Source: Lingula anatina (Eukaryota > Animalia > Brachiopoda). From it: a DNA stretch of 64,000 nucleotides. The position numbers were made by a program, and so were the translations under genes. The stretch spans positions 8,370,001 through 8,434,000 of the forward strand of contig CM120645.1 of the NCBI GenBank assembly GCA_051362555.1. Direction: 5' to 3'. Positions 1-11,700 of this stretch are shown in pieces; the first letter of the stretch is position 1; every line of letters starts with the position of its first letter. A model generated the notes under the pieces. The model had not been told where the DNA came from and did no database searches. It worked only from the letters and a program-made list of their open reading frames with translations.

Positions 1-124
1 CATGTCAGCCAACGTTGATAAGTTCAAAGAAGGGTAAATATGTGTGAGTTCTTGTGCTTGTGTTTGTTTTTGTATGTACATGTTTCTGCGTTAGAATTAC
101 ATTAACGCCCGTGCGCGCGCGCGC

Positions 125-126
<2 letters not shown>

Positions 127-166
<40 letters not shown>
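127..166. repeat. (TG)n microsatellite
   Basis: Direct observation. Confidence 0.95.
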
Positions 167-169
<3 letters not shown>

Positions 170-459
170 AGGGTAGATGTATTGGCGACAGAAATGCATA
201 ACGTGTTCTCGCTAATTAATCTGTATTTTCCAGTTGTACCTTAGGGTGAGTTTCGCGGGTTACATATAATTTGCTTGCTTTTACAATGATTCCATTTTGC
301 AACCGCAACACAATTTGGCTCTACACCCTTTACTTATTACTTAGATCAAACTTTGCAATTCATGCTCGACGTGTGAACTCCACCGATTTTAGCAGCAGCA
401 TTTATCATTGCTGCGAGCAACATTATCTAATTTAAAACTGAGCGCCAATTTTATTTCAG

Positions 460-1973
460 ACTTCTCTACCCGACAATTATAGGAGGAGTGACCATGCTCA
501 CTAAATCACAATATCGCCAGGTGAACGGCTTTCCAAACACGTACTTTGGGTGGGGAGGCGAGGACGATGACCTTTATATAAGGTATATATATATATATAA
601 TTTCTAATGTTACGTCAAAAGGCTACTTGTATATATGCCGTCATGAAATAATGACGTCACTGTCTAGTTTGCTGGTGACGACGGCGTAAAATTGCGTCAT
701 TTTTTAAAATCATATGTCACGCTTTTGTTTGTTAGGCTTTTTTATCATATTTATAAATTTATCATTATTGACAGATTTGTGCCTTGTAAAGAGCTACATT
801 GACTAATAGACTTTCTGTAAAAGCACCTCAATGAATTTGACATTTAAATGAAATAAACATCATATACATAAATATACCAACAACTTTGCTGTTACAATCC
901 CCCATTTTGTAACTTATTATCATATTACATTTCGTCATTTTAATAAATGACAATATCAGTCATATTGACTTATTTCTTATTTGATTTTGAGCAAAAACTG
1001 AGCTTCGTTGTGCTTGTGAACATTTGGCTACATAAAACTGATGTTCAGTTTGTGCAGTTTAAAACTTATACTTCTTACATTAACAGAGTCGACAAAAACG
1101 GGGGATTAACCAGAGTGCCCTTTGATATTGGGCGATACAGAATGATAAAACATAATCCGGATTCTGGTAATCCATTAAACCTGTTAAGGTAAGGTTATCG
1201 AGAAGAGCCGAGGTCTAGCAAGGCCGAGACCTAAACATGGCGGGCCTACATCAAAGGAAGTCCGCGTAATCCTGAATGAATGTCAATGAATGTCATTGAG
1301 AGACCATAAAAGGATTATGCAGTCTTCCTTTCATGTAGGTCCGCCATATTTGGGTCTCGGCCTTGCTAGACCTCGGCTCTTCTCGATGTGAATGTTCTCT
1401 TAGACTGCGTTTGCATTGCATGAGAGAGAGAGAGTCGCACAAGAGTTGGAGTCATGTTTGTGGTCGGCAGGCGTGTAGAAAGTAAACATTAAGGGAAAGT
1501 TAACTATTCTGAAAAGATAAACTTGCATACATTTATTATTTATTTTATATCTTTATTTATTTATTTATACTATTTCGACTTATTTATCCTAATTTTGACT
1601 GATTGAACGTATCTGTAGGTATGGAGTAACAACAGTTTTCAAACAATGGTCCTTCCAACTTCCTACTGTTTAGACCAACGATTAAGCGGTCCATCTCACG
1701 ATTTATTTTAGAAGCATATTCCTGTTCTGGGAAGTGCCCCAGGGCCCGCCTAATCAATCTATTTTGTCACAACAAGGGTTCTGTTATTCTTCAATGAATA
1801 AATCTAATATTTTTCTCAGACATTCACTACTCCATTATGCAAAGCTACGATGGGAAATGGACGGGCTAAGTAGTCTTGAAGGGACTTACACTGTGTTAAA
1901 GACCGACGAGTTTCTACTGTACACGAGAATATACGTGGATGTCGATCCGAATGCCGTTTACACTAACATAAAG
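460..1973 (+). CDS. GT7 catalytic C-terminal half (exons 460-582, 1087-1188, 1820-1973)
   Basis: Invariant GWGGEDDD motif and metal-binding M-I-K-H motif of beta4-galactosyltransferases are intact. Confidence 0.93.
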
Positions 1974-2098
1974 GTATGCTGTTATATAAAGCTTTCCTGA
2001 AATTCTTAAATGTTCATACCATTTCCACTAGGAGAATCAAAGAACAGATGTGAGATAATGCTGTCTCATATCTATAGGTGAATCAGTATGAGAAAAAC

Positions 2099-2158
<60 letters not shown>

Positions 2159-5100
2159 TTTTAAGTTACATTTTGTCTTAATTGAACTTATTGCAATCGT
2201 TGATGCACTTTATTTTTGGAAAATGTCGTTATTTTTAGCAAGAATATATATACCAAAGGGGTTATAAGCTGTATAAGAATACTAAGTAACAAACCTTGTT
2301 TTAAAATCAGCGCTATATCCCCAGACATTAATGTAGTTGAAACCCATGGAAACTTGGATTTACTCAAAATATTGAAAGATACACACTCTTTATGCACCAG
2401 ATATGTATTACAGGGGTATTTAAGATATGGAAAGCACTTAACAACAAATGACATTTGATAACGGTCACTTTATCTCTCTGATCTCTAGGATTTCTCAAAA
2501 TGTAGTTTTGGTATTTTTAGGATGCGAAAAAACAATCCGAGAATGTCCATTATACCCCCTGGTAACCCGACAATTTCGTTTCTTCTCCAATTTAGGCAAA
2601 GAGCAATCACATCTTTGGAAGTGACTTTCAACGACTCATTAAATGGACGGAGAAGAAGGTAATTTTTTTTTATGAATTTGTAATTTTAAGTCAAATCAAA
2701 CAATTACCAGCATGGCAAACTTAATGGATCTCCATATTTTAAAGTTCGCTGATCCCTGTGGTACATTGTCTATACACCAAGGTATACTGGACTTGGGCCA
2801 GATAATGCCTCATTATTTAGCAGACAAAGTTTGGAACCAATTTGTAGGAAAGTTATGGAGCCAACGCCCTGGTTCTGGATCACACGGGGCTCCAATTGAA
2901 ATTAGAGTAAATTATGTTTTATGAATACATATGTTCACCTGCAGGTTTAAAATGAGGTAATTTGATAAACTTGACAATGTTTCTAACCAAGAGGTATATA
3001 TACATGTTTATATAGTGGGTATCATAAAAATGAGAAACTTTAAGGTTATATAATGAAATTCTAATGTTTTATAAAATGTAGAAAACAGGAAAAATTATAC
3101 AAAGATGAACTATTGTTTCAAGTTTTATACACATGTAAAAAAATTATACTGTATGCATTAGAATAATCTTGGCCTTGAATATAAAACATTTAGGATTGGC
3201 GCATAAAAATTCATTAGGAGAATTCGCAAACATTATTGAATTACAAATAAATTTAGAATAAATATAGGAGTGGTAGTATATTTGAATGTATACTTTAAAA
3301 TGTAATTATACATTGCGTTTGTCTTTTGGATGTCAATAAGATCCAAATACTCTCAATGTGCGTGCAGTTGATACAGGAAGGACCTTCATGTCATATTTCA
3401 GGAATGCGGGTGTAAGAATGGCGGAATTTGTGTTCAATCAAATGACTTGAGTTCACAGAGGACATGTACCTGTCCCTACCCATACGGCGGGTTACACTGC
3501 GAACGGAACCGTAAGTTATGTTTAGAAACTCGTTAATAGTATTGAAAGTAGCCTTGAACTTACAAGGAACGGTTTTTACTATCTTTTATTGAAAAATCTA
3601 ATATTTCAGCTAGTTTTTCCTAAATTTAACCAAAGCCCCTTTTCATCGCCACTGTGTTTGCTGAATAGAAAGAAAGAAAGAAACGTCAAGTTGGTATTTT
3701 ACCGTGTGATCAATATTTGGAAATATGCTGCTAGATTAATTTTGGACATTATTTCGCTTTACTGCTACTTCCACTCGTTCATTAGCCCTATTGTCTACTG
3801 CCTCTGTGCCATTTGAGCAATGACGTCAATTCCGTGCAAACAAATTAAATTCACGCTGAGCAGTATACAATTAAGTGTCCAGAGAATAATATATATATAT
3901 ATATCCTCTACCAAGGTGGCAGAAATATCTGTGACATTGGTAGAGTGCAATTATTCACAGCTATCTCTCCGTTATTTATAGTGCATGAAAAGTCTTTTGA
4001 AAGAATTGGTTTTTGGGGAAATTTCTGGATGTACGAATATTCTATTACACAGCAAAGTTGGCAAATTTACACCCACAACCTTTTTTTTTTAATATATTTT
4101 CTTTGACTCATTTTGGAAAAAGGCATCAGTGGAATTTTTATTCATTCATAATTTGTCATGGGGTTGATTTCATGTCAAGAATTTTAATTCTTAAAAGCTA
4201 TATGCCTTTCATATACAGAAAACAACAAAGGTGGAGCATCGTGAAAAAACAGTTGGTTCTTACATGTTCCAATAAAAATGAATAAAAATGATCTGCTAAT
4301 ACAATGCATGCTTAACATGAACAAAAACATTGGTTATTGCTCATTAGTTGATAGTCTTTGTATTAATTTTGCATATCATAAGTGACGTGTCCACCGCAGT
4401 TTGAAGTAATGTTCGGGACAAGTTGCTATAGTTTCAACACGACATTGGACGGCTCCTTCTATAAGGGCAAGGTGAGCTGTGAGTCAATTGGAGCGAGACT
4501 AGTCGCCGTGAACGACGAGAAGGAGCACCGATTTATAACACAATACCTTGCTGCTGATGTAGGTAAGATAAGTCTAGCACATTACATATATTATAGAAAA
4601 TTCCCACTAGAACAAATAAAGTGCTCGCATTGTAATGATATTGAAGACGAGTTCCACTTCGTCCTTGAGTGTTCTCGCTATGTTAGTATCAGGAATAAGA
4701 TTATTAAGCCTTATTTTTGTAGAAAACCTTCTGTCTTCAAACTTGTTCTCCTGCTGAATACTTCCAATAAAAAAGAATAATGTAATTTAGCACGATACAT
4801 TAGACAGGCTGGAAGTATTCAGCAGGGGATCAGATCTGTTACAGCTGTATGTATATGTCAGAGGCCCCGACCAAATCTAGTCCTATGTATAAAAAGCCCA
4901 GACCCCATGTTGATTACACCCTGGCTGGGCCCATTCTTCAAGGTGTCTTTGCATTGTTAACACCATAATGGGCAAGTTAATTGACCAAGTTAACTGGACA
5001 AGCTGCCAGTCTGTTTGTATGGCATGTGCAGGGGATGTCTCAGATCAAGGCACATATTATGATACTTACAGGTGTGGCAAATGAGATATAGTTGTATTTC

Positions 5101-6501
5101 ATTACCTGTGATTTGTAAAATACATCTGAGGATGATACTTTTAAAGATGTTTAATGTTTGAAGAAAAGACATGTAGATTGATTAAGTTACATTTACTAAA
5201 GAAATGATAAATTAAAGGTGGGCTCCATTTGTTAGGGTGTTATTTTAATTATCTAGATTTTATACAGATCATAGGAAAAAGTCTGCCCTTTAATGAAATA
5301 AAACTATATCCCATATTGACATATATGTGGTTGTATGTGTGAAACTGATGGAATATATTATTCCAAAGTAAATAAACTATACATTATTTGGGACGCGAAC
5401 ATGCAGCACATACTTGATTTTTCAAAAATAATCAGTCTCATTTTTGTAGTTAGCTTTTTGTACGTGGGACATACATGTAGCCATCTTGCAATATATATAC
5501 ACATATTGTCTCCAATAACTTGGTAAGTTGTCCCATGCCATGTGTTTCATTGGACTTCAGCTCGATCCGACCGTTGCTGGTGGACATCAGCCACAGATGA
5601 AGCCTCTGAAGGTAGATGGGTATTGTCCGGATGGGGGAACATCCCAGCACCATTCACTGCTTGGTATCCAGGTACACAGAACACCTTTTTTTCCATTTCA
5701 GTATGAGTAATTATGTTTTCGTTTTCAATGTTTTGTCTTCAGTATTTTGTGAGACCGTCCTACATGCTTTCTCTGTAATCAAAGTGAGGGACTCTTAATA
5801 ATATTAATAATATCAGAGATTATGGTTAATGTCTCGAACGAAATGCCACAAATTTAACTTTCAACTCACGAATGTACGCTTTGGCTATGGCTTTTTAGTT
5901 AGAAACCCGTGCATTCTATATGTGCCCCTCGATATCGTTTCAAACCATTTCTCTAATTGCTAGTGCGATTTATGTTTATAGATTTTGCCTAAAAAAATCC
6001 AAAATAATAAATAATGACGTCGACGACCCTCTAACCACACAAAATGTACCAACCGCACACATTCGTGCGTTGAATCATATGTTGGACAAATAAAACGTTT
6101 TATCCGTCTATGAGTGCATTCCCATAGATTTAGATCGATCCATCTAGATCAATCTAACTCCCCGGGGGTTCACGCTAAATTGCTGTCAGCCGAGCGCGCA
6201 AGGTAGTTAATTACCCCCTTACAGCTTTTAGTAGGCGGGACAGACATTTAAGCCGGCTAAGCTGACAGTAATCTAGTGAGACTCCCCACAGGGCTAGATC
6301 GATCTAAAATCTGTGGGAATGGGGTCTAAGACGCTTTTCGCCCACAATGACGTAATTTTGGTTCTTCTTTCTGTGGTAGGCGCGCCAGACAATGAGGGCG
6401 GCAATGAAGACTGTGCGAAGTACCTCAGAGACAGAGATTATTGGGATGATAGTCAATGTTCCAAGATCTGTAACTTTATATGTGAAACAGACGCGATTTA
6501 G
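460..6501 (+). CDS. 5'-partial GT7 beta-1,4-N-acetylgalactosaminyl/galactosyltransferase (bre-4/B4GALT-like) with C-terminal EGF-like and C-type lectin domains
   Basis: Exons 460-582, 1087-1188, 1820-1973, 2596-2658, 3402-3510, 4383-4562, 5561-5671, 6380-6501(TAG), all with AG/GT ends and matching phases (2,2,0,0,1,1,1). GT7 motifs: LLYPTIIGGV, VNGFPNTYFGWGGEDDD, GRYRMIKH, DGLSSL, LYTRIYVD. Then EGF ECGCKNGGICV...CTCPYPYGGLHCE and CTLD CPPQF..FGTSCY..CESIGARLVAV..EHRFI..WWTSATDEASEGRW..WYPGAPDNEGGNEDC..WDDSQCSKICNFICE. The start of the gene lies upstream of the window. Confidence 0.85.
1197..1387. mobile_element. Palindromic MITE (family B)
   Basis: ~78-bp inverted arms ATCGAGAAGAGCCGAGGTCTAGCAAGGCCGAGACC... 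/ ...GGTCTCGGCCTTGCTAGACCTCGGCTCTTCTCGAT. Shares the core CTACATGAAAGGAAG.CCGC.TAATCC with 32237-32537. Confidence 0.75.
2099..2156. repeat. Compound (CT)n(AT)n microsatellite
   Basis: Direct observation. Confidence 0.95.
3402..6501 (+). CDS. EGF-like domain exon plus three C-type lectin domain exons
   Basis: EGF CKNGGIC...CTC.YPYGGLHCE pattern; CTLD cysteine pattern, WWTS (at the WIGL position), APD..EDC and WDD..C...FICE. Confidence 0.9.
4590..4810 (+). mobile_element. 3' fragment of a non-LTR retrotransposon ORF2 (C-terminal CCHC-like region)
   Basis: Translation KCSHCNDIEDEFHFVLECSRYVSIRNKIIKPYF..KPSVFKLVLLLNTSNK matches the C..C..IEDEFHFLLEC..Y..LR tail typical of LINE ORF2. It lies in an intron just past the donor at 4563. 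Confidence 0.7.
6112..6326. mobile_element. MITE family A copy
   Basis: TIRs CATTCCCA.AGATTTAGATCGATC / GATCGATCTAAAATCT.TGGGAATG; homologous to the copies at 8232, 9226, 11601, 28232 and 54896. Confidence 0.8.
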
Positions 6502-8231
6502 ATAACGGCCAATATTGAAAATACAAGGCAAGATATGGAGGGGTGGTATTAACAAAGTTTTTTTTTTTTGGGGGGGGGGATTCTTTCACCGTCCATTGGA
6601 AGTAGAAATTACCAGACTTCTAGCTGTCTATGAATTTACAGTGCATTATACTAGTTAACCTATGACCCGTAAATGCAGCCAAAATTTCCAAATGGCCGGT
6701 TCCTTCGGCATTGAAAATTGAAACAGGACTCCTCAGCGCGCATTATACTGTTCATGTATATACTTCTTCGATGGGGATCATCCCAAAGACCCGGTGCCAT
6801 GTACCAGAAAGTCTCCCGTGACAGAGAGCCCGCTTCCCATTCATTTGTACAGGTGAGCCTCGCCCTATATTTTGACCCACATAGGTCAGACTAACCCTAA
6901 CCATTATAACTATATGGAGGGCGGACTTTCTGTTACACGGACCCTCAGTTTCCTGCCCAAAGTCTACGCGTAAAATCGAGCGATATTTTGCGACATATGA
7001 AGGAGGGTCGGCATATTTGGGACGAAGAAAGGCATTTAAGATATGTAGTTACTCGGTTCTCATTTTATTTTAAGTGTTCACTGTACTGTGTGTAATTGAG
7101 ACAAAATGCCACAATTTACAATCTACACAACGAATCTCCGTCTTGGGAGTTTAATTCCAAAGTTGCAGTTGATTTACACGTTACACTCCGCGCTAGGTCT
7201 ACTTCAGCTATAGGCCCTAATTAATCAAAGTACGTTAATTTTAATTGCATTATGATGGCACACATTGTGATATAGATTTTCAGGATTTAAATCTATTAAA
7301 ATCTTTCATATGATATCTGTAGGAGATTTATATGTGTGGACTGCATCAGTAAAATCATTTACTGCCTAGTTATAAGAGTCATTCATACACATATAGAGTC
7401 TGTTTATACTTTAGAAATAGCCTATGTTGTGAGCCGTCGACTGTCTACTGGATCCTGTTCAGGATTCTCCCGCGTAGATCTTGTAGATTTTTCTCGTCTA
7501 ACTGTATATATATATAGTATTGTCTCTTAAATGTGAAAGATAGGCTATCGGAATATTCATTATAGGCTACCGGTATTTTCAATTATTAACACTGAGCTGA
7601 AACTGCAGAAAGGGTGTTTAATAAGCATTGCTTATACATGTAGGCCTACGCACATGTAGGCCCTACGCGTTTATAAATCATATATAGTAGAATATGTATT
7701 TTACAGTTCAATTTGATTTAATTTGTTGTAGGCCTACTTTTATTTCAAAAGATGGTGTGCTTAGCGATCTTCAATTTTGATGCCAATCAAACCTTGTTAG
7801 TATACTTATAATGCACTTAATTGTTATGTGGACCTACATGTACATGCATTTTTATATTAAAATTAAAATTAAATTAGAATGTTCAATAGTAGGGCCTACT
7901 GGTACAGTATGTCTACTTTATGTTATTTTAAAACATATGATAGTCAATAGGCCTATATGGACGTGTGCCGACCTACCGTGGTACGTCGTTATACGTTAAA
8001 CGGGTTAAAATCAGAGAAGAAAAATCAACACACGTGTATAAGACCTGTATGTGAATCAATATTAATCTTTTTCGTTAACATGCCTACATGTTTGTAAAAC
8101 TAGTTTAGGCCCTACAGCCAATAAAGTATTCACGCTACGTCGTCGATGCATTCTGTATGTAGGCCTATAATAAAAGTGGTTAATTTATAAATGTGTAATT
8201 ACTGTACGAATGAGATGCAAAGAGAGAGAGG

Positions 8232-8454
8232 GACCCCGTTCCCATAGATTTTAGATCGATCTAGCCCTGTGGGGAGTCTCACTAGATTACTGTCAGCTTA
8301 GCCAGCTTAAGCGTCTGCCCCGCCTATACAAAAAGCTGAAAGGGGGTAATTAACTATGGTGCGCGCTCGGCTGACTGCAATGTAGCGTGAACCCCCAGGG
8401 AGTTAGGTCGATCTAAATCTAAATCTCTGGATTGATCTAAATCTCTGGGAATGC

Positions 8455-8455
<1 letters not shown>
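8232..8455. mobile_element. MITE family A copy in a (GA)n tract upstream of DALRD3
   Basis: Near-identical to 28232-28457; reverse orientation relative to 6112-6326. Confidence 0.8.
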
Positions 8456-8489
<34 letters not shown>

Positions 8490-8773
8490 AACGTGTCTGA
8501 AATACATGCGTAATTATAATATTATCAACACACAATAAAAACTTTTATTCGAGTATATCTACTAGTACCTGGGCAGATATGGCTATTTTTATGTGAGAAG
8601 TTTTGTTGTTTTTAGGTATGAGTTGCAAAAGAGAAATACCAGTTGTGTCCAAAATTTAACGTGAATTACATTCCTTCCTCCAATAAGTGAAGAGCAGTTC
8701 ACATGAAACGAGATCACAAAGCTACACTTTTGTCACAGAAAGCCAAAGCGAATATAAACCGTACACCTTTAAA

Positions 8774-11700
8774 ATGGCCTCTGGCGAAGGCAGCAACACC
8801 GTTGACATACTCCACACCGTGTTAGCTCAAATAGATAAAGTTCTGGTTGAATTCTTAAGACTAACAAAGTCGCCGAACGCGAAGAAAAGAGAAGTGCCTC
8901 TCGCACAGAGAAGACATCTCTCAGCTGGTACTAGCAGTGGTGGAAACAAGGAAGAATTTTCCGTAGCCCTACCTGCGCTGTTTCGCGAGCTCAAGGAAGG
9001 AGATACTGCTCGAATGGAAAACATGGTGGGTAAATGCCATGGATACATGGTATTTTTGCTTACTAGTACTTATAAGTTACTTGGAGGCTTGTTCGAAGTT
9101 CAAGTTTTGTGACATTGAATTTGTATGGAATAGATTCGAATGAGGGAGCGTTCCCATAACACTATCATATAAGCTGGATTGATCTTTAATCCACGGGGAT
9201 TCTCGCCAAATTGCATTCAGTTTAAGAGCGCATTCCCAGAGATTTAGATCGATCCAACTAGATCGACCTAACTCCCTGGGGGTTCACGCTAAATTGCTGT
9301 CAGCCGACCGCGCACAGAAGTTAATAACCCCCTTACAGCTTTTAGTAGGCAGGACAGACATTTAAGCCAGTTAAGCTGACAGTAATCTAGTGAGACTCCC
9401 CACCGATCTTAAATCTATGGGAATGGGGTCCTAGTAGTTAAATGTCTGGCTTTAATGTCTGACACTCCCCCTCATAACTTGGAGGGGTCAGGAGTTTACA
9501 GTATAATATTGTAGGTATAGAGAGTACGACGATAATTTAATCATGAAACTGGTTATTGTTGGTGTTGGTCATTTTTTGAGAATTTCTCTGCTTGAGATTT
9601 ATCTTTAGATAATAAATATTTAAAAATAAACTTTCAGTAAGAGGTACATGTATAGTAAAAATGATAAATAATTGATATTATATTTGTGATGTAACCAATA
9701 AAGCAAATGATACAAAATTGTTTTCATTTTGTACCAGGCAGAAGATCTTGCCTCCAGCTTGCTTCAAGAGGGCAGCCAGTGGTCAGTACCTTTAATGTCC
9801 AGTAGAGTGGACAATCACTCTCTTCTCATGAGACTATCCAGGCCAGAGACATTTAAAGCTGTTCTTGGGTCCGTAATGGCCAGTGGAGATCATTTTGGTA
9901 GAAAAGATGGTGTTTTTAATGGCAGGAAAGTTCTCGTGCATGATGTTGGTGCTACTGCTGTGGAACGTAAAGGCAAAGAGACAAGTTTGTTACAGCTGAG
10001 ATCTGTAGTTCTCATGCAGCATGTAAAACACTTACTGGAGGCTGTTGGGTAAGGATATGGATAAATCTTCTACATTGATTCTTATTATTTGCAAAAGTTT
10101 TTATTTATTTAGTACACTTTGGAATTATATGTCAAATTTTCTGACAGCATCTAAACTGAAACCAACTGGACAGTGCTGTTACCAGTTAAGGTCTACTGAA
10201 TGTAGCGTAAGTTTGAAGAATTATTATTCAGTGTGAACAGCTTCAAACTTATAACTTTTGCAAATAATATGTAACCTCATAATTCGATGTGGATAAGTTT
10301 GGAAAATGTGGTATTCAGTCTCTTCAATGGGGGAAAATTCTTACAAATTCTTGAAATAAGAACATTCTTATTGAGTGGTAGCAAAGTTGTCGCAAACAGC
10401 AGGCCACCTAGTATTTCCGTTCTATACAGTAAAAGCAAATGCTACACAAAAATGTATTTTAGTGATTTCAAAATTATATATCTAAAAGATTGATAATTTT
10501 TTCCCATTAAAAAGTTTGAGTTATTATGGTACCACTACATGGTTCTCTTTATTTTTTTTAAAAGGCATTAGACCTTTATACAGAAAAAAATAAATAATTT
10601 TTTTAATGGGGAAAAGTCAACAGTTTCCATTATAGCACCAAGGCATACACTCTCCAAAAGTGTTGAGAAAATTGCTATTCATAAACTGGTTACCAATTTT
10701 TGAATTTCCCCTTTTTGCCATTTTCAATTTGAAAGATATATATATTTTTTTTTTCAGATATTCTGTGAACATTGTTGGCAGAGGAAAATCCCAGAATGAT
10801 ATTATTTTCACAGACAAACAAGTTTCAATAGAAAATACAGTTACTGTTGGTGCACATGATTTTCTTCCACTTAAGACAGAAAATCATGACTGTAGAGGAG
10901 GCAGTGACTCCTTGTTTAAAGATAATGGTGATACTGGGGACATCCAGTTGATGGAAATAAAGGCAATTATAGACAAAATAAGGGAATGTAAATACTGCAG
11001 AGAAGTAGAAATTCCGAAACGTGAATTTCAAGGAGATGAAATAGCAGGAGGTGAAGTGAAACTAAAAAACGATAAGGAGGAACAATTGTGTGTGGATTTA
11101 AAGCAATATTTACGTGACTCTGGTTTTTCACAAGGCAAAGAAGGTTATGATAAAAGTCTGGATAAGTTGTACAGTGAGTAGTTGATTTTCTTCTTTTGTT
11201 ATTTTAAAACATTTGTTGCATATTTAGGTAAATGAAAATTTGTATACCTTTTTCACTTCTCAATTTTAGCCTTTTAAAGAAGGTTCACTTCTCATCTAAA
11301 CCTTGTGCATACCCTCTTTTAAATGCAAACTGCATCTTCAACTAGAGAAAAGAGTCCAAATATGTTCATCTCTAGAACTAGAAATCAAGCAAAATGAGTT
11401 CCATGTATAACCATGTGGTTATTTTAAGTTTGCACATATTTTTCAACAGTTGTTACCAGTACTTCATATTCTTTCCTATAGTTCATACAACCAATCCATA
11501 CAGCCCCCATTTGGAGCAAATTGTGGTTCTTGATGAATATGTTAAATTAATGATGGAAAAAGAGGTAGGTTTATGCCTTTGATTTATTGAAGCTGATTTA
11601 GAGACCATTCCCACAGATATTTAGATCAATCTATCCCCCATGGGGAGTCTTTCTAAATTGCTGTCAACTTGGCCAGCTTAAATGTCTGTTGAGCCTAGTA

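Noticed and set aside
5335-5362. ORF start MCETDGIY resembling the CTLD end FICETDAI (relic duplicated exon?)
   Set aside because: Similarity covers only ~6 residues, with no upstream WDD/EDC match and no acceptor site.
9026-9737. miR-191/425-like miRNA, since vertebrate DALRD3 hosts these
   Set aside because: No matching hairpin recognised; the only fold-back in this intron is a family A MITE.
11450-11481. Upstream acceptor (CAG at 11447-11449) for DALRD3 exon 4
   Set aside because: Introduces an in-frame TAG; the acceptor at 11481 keeps the frame open.
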